Shown: positions 61,492-64,000 of the stretch, in pieces
Numbering within the stretch: the first letter of the stretch is position 1
How the letters are laid out: each line of letters begins with the position of its first letter
Translations under genes and position numbers: made by a program
Assembly (NCBI GenBank): GCA_963668315.1
Contig: OY764216.1
Location: 224,001-288,000, forward strand
Direction: 5' to 3'
From: Spirochaetia bacterium
GTDB taxonomy: Bacteria; Spirochaetota; Spirochaetia; DSM-2461
DNA length: 64,000 nt
The notes under the pieces: model-generated
Seen by the model: the letters and a program-made list of their open reading frames with translations, nothing else
Databases searched by the model: none
What the model was told of the DNA's origin: nothing

Positions 61492-62700
61492 TCAGTATTT
61501 GATACCCAGCTGGGCGCAGAGTTCTCTCAGGAAAAAGCCCACATCGCTGACCACGCCGATAGCCTGGGCCGATCCCCTGTCGGAGAGCTTAGTCACGACC
61601 GCGGGATTAATATCCACACAGACCGTCTTTACCCAGGAGGGAGTCATGTTCCCCGTGCCTATGGAATGGAGCATGCTGGAAAGCATAAGAAGCATATCGG
61701 CGTCTTTGATGATATCGGCGTACTGCCTCTGGGCTTCGATCATATCGTTAACCGTTTCAGGCAGAGGGCCGTCATCCCGAATGGAGCCGGCCAGGCAGTA
61801 GGGAATCCCCGAACGGATGACTTCATGCATAAGTCCGCCAGTCAGATCGCCCGCCTCAATGGCCGCCTCAATCGATCCGTGACCGTAGATCCGGTTGATA
61901 GCGCGCATATGGTGGTTATGTCCTCCGTGGGTGGGCACGCCGCTTTTCATATCCACCCCCAGGGACGTTCCGTAGAAGAAGTCCTCCAGATCATGTACAG
62001 CCACGGCGTTTCCCCCCAGGAAACCCTGGATATACCCCTCCCTGATCAGGGCGGCCAAAGCATCCTTTCCGCCGGTGTGGACAACCACGGGACCGCAGAC
62101 AACGACGGTTCTTCCGCCCCGCTCCCGGATCTCCCGCAGGTCGCCGGCTATGCGGGCGGCGGCCACGGCATAGCTCCTTTCCGAGGAGACATCATTGGAC
62201 ATGAAGGAGAAGCTTTCCCCCTGTCCTTCCACCCGGGGCGGATAAACACGGACCGAATCGCTTCCGCAGAGAACCGGGTCGCCCGCTTTCAGATCACGAA
62301 GTTTGGTACAGACCAGCCGGCCGCCCTTGTTTACAATCGCCGCATCCATACGCTGCTGTTCCACGGGAACCCATTTGCCCCCCATATACACTTCGCTGCG
62401 GTGATTGGTGGTGGAATAAAAACCCACCGGCGCGTGCTTGTCCCTGTCGGCCTCCCGGAACTCCCCTTCCCCGGCGCCCTTCTCAAAGACTCCCAGGCGG
62501 GTCAGCTTGGGAAGAAGCTCCTCCGCCGGCCGGGTGCCGCTTATGGTGATTTCGGCAAAAGACGTGTCCTCCTTCTGCTTTCCGAACTCAAAACGCTTAA
62601 TCCGGTAGTCGAATCCTTCGGTAATAATCAGGTTAAGAATCTCCGAAAGAAGACCGTTATCCACAAGATGGCCTTCGCTTATTACAGTAATCTCTCCCAT
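61492..62700 (-). CDS. TIGR00300/LOR-SDH family protein, ornithine cyclodeaminase-like (ArgZ/AgrE C-terminal type)
   Basis: EGHLVD, GFYSTTNH, GPVVVHTG, GNAVAVHD, AGSIRDDGPLP, MLHSIGTGN and TKLSDRGS motifs. Confidence 0.88.
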   Translation of the reverse strand: MGEITVISEGHLVDNGLLSEILNLIITEGFDYRIKRFEFGKQKEDTSFAEITISGTRPAEELLPKLTRLGVFEKGAGEGEFREADRDKHAPVGFYSTTNHRSEVYMGGKWVPVEQQRMDAAIVNKGGRLVCTKLRDLKAGDPVLCGSDSVRVYPPRVEGQGESFSFMSNDVSSERSYAVAAARIAGDLREIRERGGRTVVVCGPVVVHTGGKDALAALIREGYIQGFLGGNAVAVHDLEDFFYGTSLGVDMKSGVPTHGGHNHHMRAINRIYGHGSIEAAIEAGDLTGGLMHEVIRSGIPYCLAGSIRDDGPLPETVNDMIEAQRQYADIIKDADMLLMLSSMLHSIGTGNMTPSWVKTVCVDINPAVVTKLSDRGSAQAIGVVSDVGFFLRELCAQLGIKY

Positions 62701-62701
62701 A

Positions 62702-63253
62702 TCAAACTCCTTTTACACTCTTCAGATAGGCGGCGATGTCAAAGGATTCCAGAGGCAGTCCTCTTTTCAGGTAAAGGGGATGATGGGGATGCCCGTCCTT
62801 TGTTCTTTTTCCGATTGAGAACCAGTCTAACCCCAATGGGGCCATAGAGCAATATAAATCTTCCAGGCAGTCCGCCAGATAGGGCCGCTTGGTAATCAGA
62901 GCCCCCCAGGCCGCCCAGACCGCGATTTCACCTCCGGGAGCAACGGCGTCCAGAAAAAAGCGCACTTCCCGGACATTCCTTTCATGCAGAGCCCTGTTAC
63001 AGGCGGAATCCATGCCGTTCGGATCGGTGGACCGCTGGGGATAAAGATTAACGGTACACCAGCCGTCAAACCCCAGATCGGACGCCCGGTTCATAACGGT
63101 GGTGACCGTGGGATCCAGTTTTTCCGGCGAAGCCGTACTGGGGTTCACCCCTATGGTCAGCAGCAGGCGTTTCCGGGCGGGACGGCCCAGAAGGAACCGG
63201 GCAGAATTGTCTTCATTGATCGAATAAATCCACTCATCCGTCCGATCGGCCAT
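62702..63253 (-). CDS. DUF1643 family protein
   Basis: IGVNPSTA...DPT, NLYPQRSTDP, AAWG and TKDGHPHHPLY motifs. Confidence 0.88.
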   Translation of the reverse strand: MADRTDEWIYSINEDNSARFLLGRPARKRLLLTIGVNPSTASPEKLDPTVTTVMNRASDLGFDGWCTVNLYPQRSTDPNGMDSACNRALHERNVREVRFFLDAVAPGGEIAVWAAWGALITKRPYLADCLEDLYCSMAPLGLDWFSIGKRTKDGHPHHPLYLKRGLPLESFDIAAYLKSVKGV

Positions 63254-63262
63254 GGAACACTC

Positions 63263-63928
63263 CTATTCGTTTTTATTGATTTCGGCCAGGATGGATTCCA
63301 GATCTGTCCGGCTTATCTCCCTGGCCCTTACCGGCGGCGGAGACAGAACAAAGATATGGTCGGACAGCATGCGGGCCGTGTAATAATCGTGGGTGACCAG
63401 CAGCGCCGTACTCCCCTCAAGACGCTTTTTCAGCAGGCGTATGAGGGACTCCTTCATCTCCTGATCCAGGGAGGACAGAGGCTCATCCATCAGCATAATA
63501 TCGTAATCGCTCAGAAGGGCCCGGGCCAGGCCGACCCGACGGGCCATTCCTCCTGAAAGTTCCCGGGGAAACTTGCGGGCGGCTCCTTCCAGCCCCACCA
63601 GGGAGAGCATATCCCGGGCTCTTGCTTTTCTCTCATGCCGCCCCAGGCCGCCGGGCTGGGCATAGACGAGGTTTCCCGCAGCCGTCAGCCAGGGCAGAAG
63701 GCGGGGTTCCTGAAACACATAGGATACACGGGGGGAGTCCCCTCCCCTCTCATAAAGGATCTCTCCTTTATCGGCTCCCATCAGTCCTGCGGCCATATTC
63801 AGGAGAGAGGTTTTCCCGCAGCCCGACGGTCCCAGAAGGCAGGAAGTCTTTCCCTCGGGCAGATCCAGGGAGAAATCGTCATAGAGGAGGAGATCTCCGA
63901 ATTGCTTACTCAGACCGGTTATTTTCAA
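63263..63928 (-). CDS. ABC transporter ATPase (NitT/TauT type)
   Basis: GPSGCGKT, VFQEPRLLPW, LSGGMARR and MDEP motifs. Confidence 0.92.
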   Translation of the reverse strand: MKITGLSKQFGDLLLYDDFSLDLPEGKTSCLLGPSGCGKTSLLNMAAGLMGADKGEILYERGGDSPRVSYVFQEPRLLPWLTAAGNLVYAQPGGLGRHERKARARDMLSLVGLEGAARKFPRELSGGMARRVGLARALLSDYDIMLMDEPLSSLDQEMKESLIRLLKKRLEGSTALLVTHDYYTARMLSDHIFVLSPPPVRAREISRTDLESILAEINKNE

Positions 63929-64000
63929 TTCTGTACTTCCTTTCCACGAGCGCCAGCAGTCTGTCCAGACCGGCTGTCATCAGGATAACCAGCAGAGACC
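63906..64000 (-). CDS. C-terminus of ABC permease (partial)
   Basis: Reads SLLVILMTAGLDRLLALVERKYRIENNRSE-stop; overlaps the ATPase start. Confidence 0.6.
   Translation of the reverse strand, partial: SLLVILMTAGLDRLLALVERKYRIENNRSE

Overview
A core-genome segment from a free-living, spirochaete-like bacterium (Spirochaetales), judged from the 16S sequence, a SpiroCoCo-type coiled-coil protein, a BamD-like lipoprotein and an ODP chemosensor. It contains one complete minus-strand rRNA operon (two sigma70 promoters, 16S, tRNA-Ala(UGC), 23S, 5S) and about 50 housekeeping or accessory CDSs, including ppk1, hom, thrC, Re-citrate synthase, MCPs, a MoxR/DUF58/transglutaminase cluster, an amino-acid ABC transporter, recJ, pdp, rpsU, miaB, a GGDEF protein and a TIGR00300 ornithine cyclodeaminase-like protein. 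I found no mobile elements or CRISPR arrays. The best candidate for an undescribed system lies in the intergenic DNA: a leaderless 27-aa leader peptide with an Ala run (A-Q-A-A-A-A), overlapping mutually exclusive antiterminator and terminator hairpins, directly upstream of an alanine-aminotransferase-like gene. This is a putative alanine-sensing, ribosome-mediated attenuator (31684-31854). Other notable signals are an orphan minus-strand sRNA candidate exposing an anti-SD/anti-AUG-AAA-AAA seed (about 4087-4192), a 37-bp hairpin tandem array upstream of the rRNA promoters, many leaderless mRNA starts, a probable AUC start with a 12-bp SD for rpsU, and several degenerate enzyme domains (CYTH-Nudix fusion, DnaQ-like insert in RecJ). 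All family calls come from motif recognition by eye; no searches were run.
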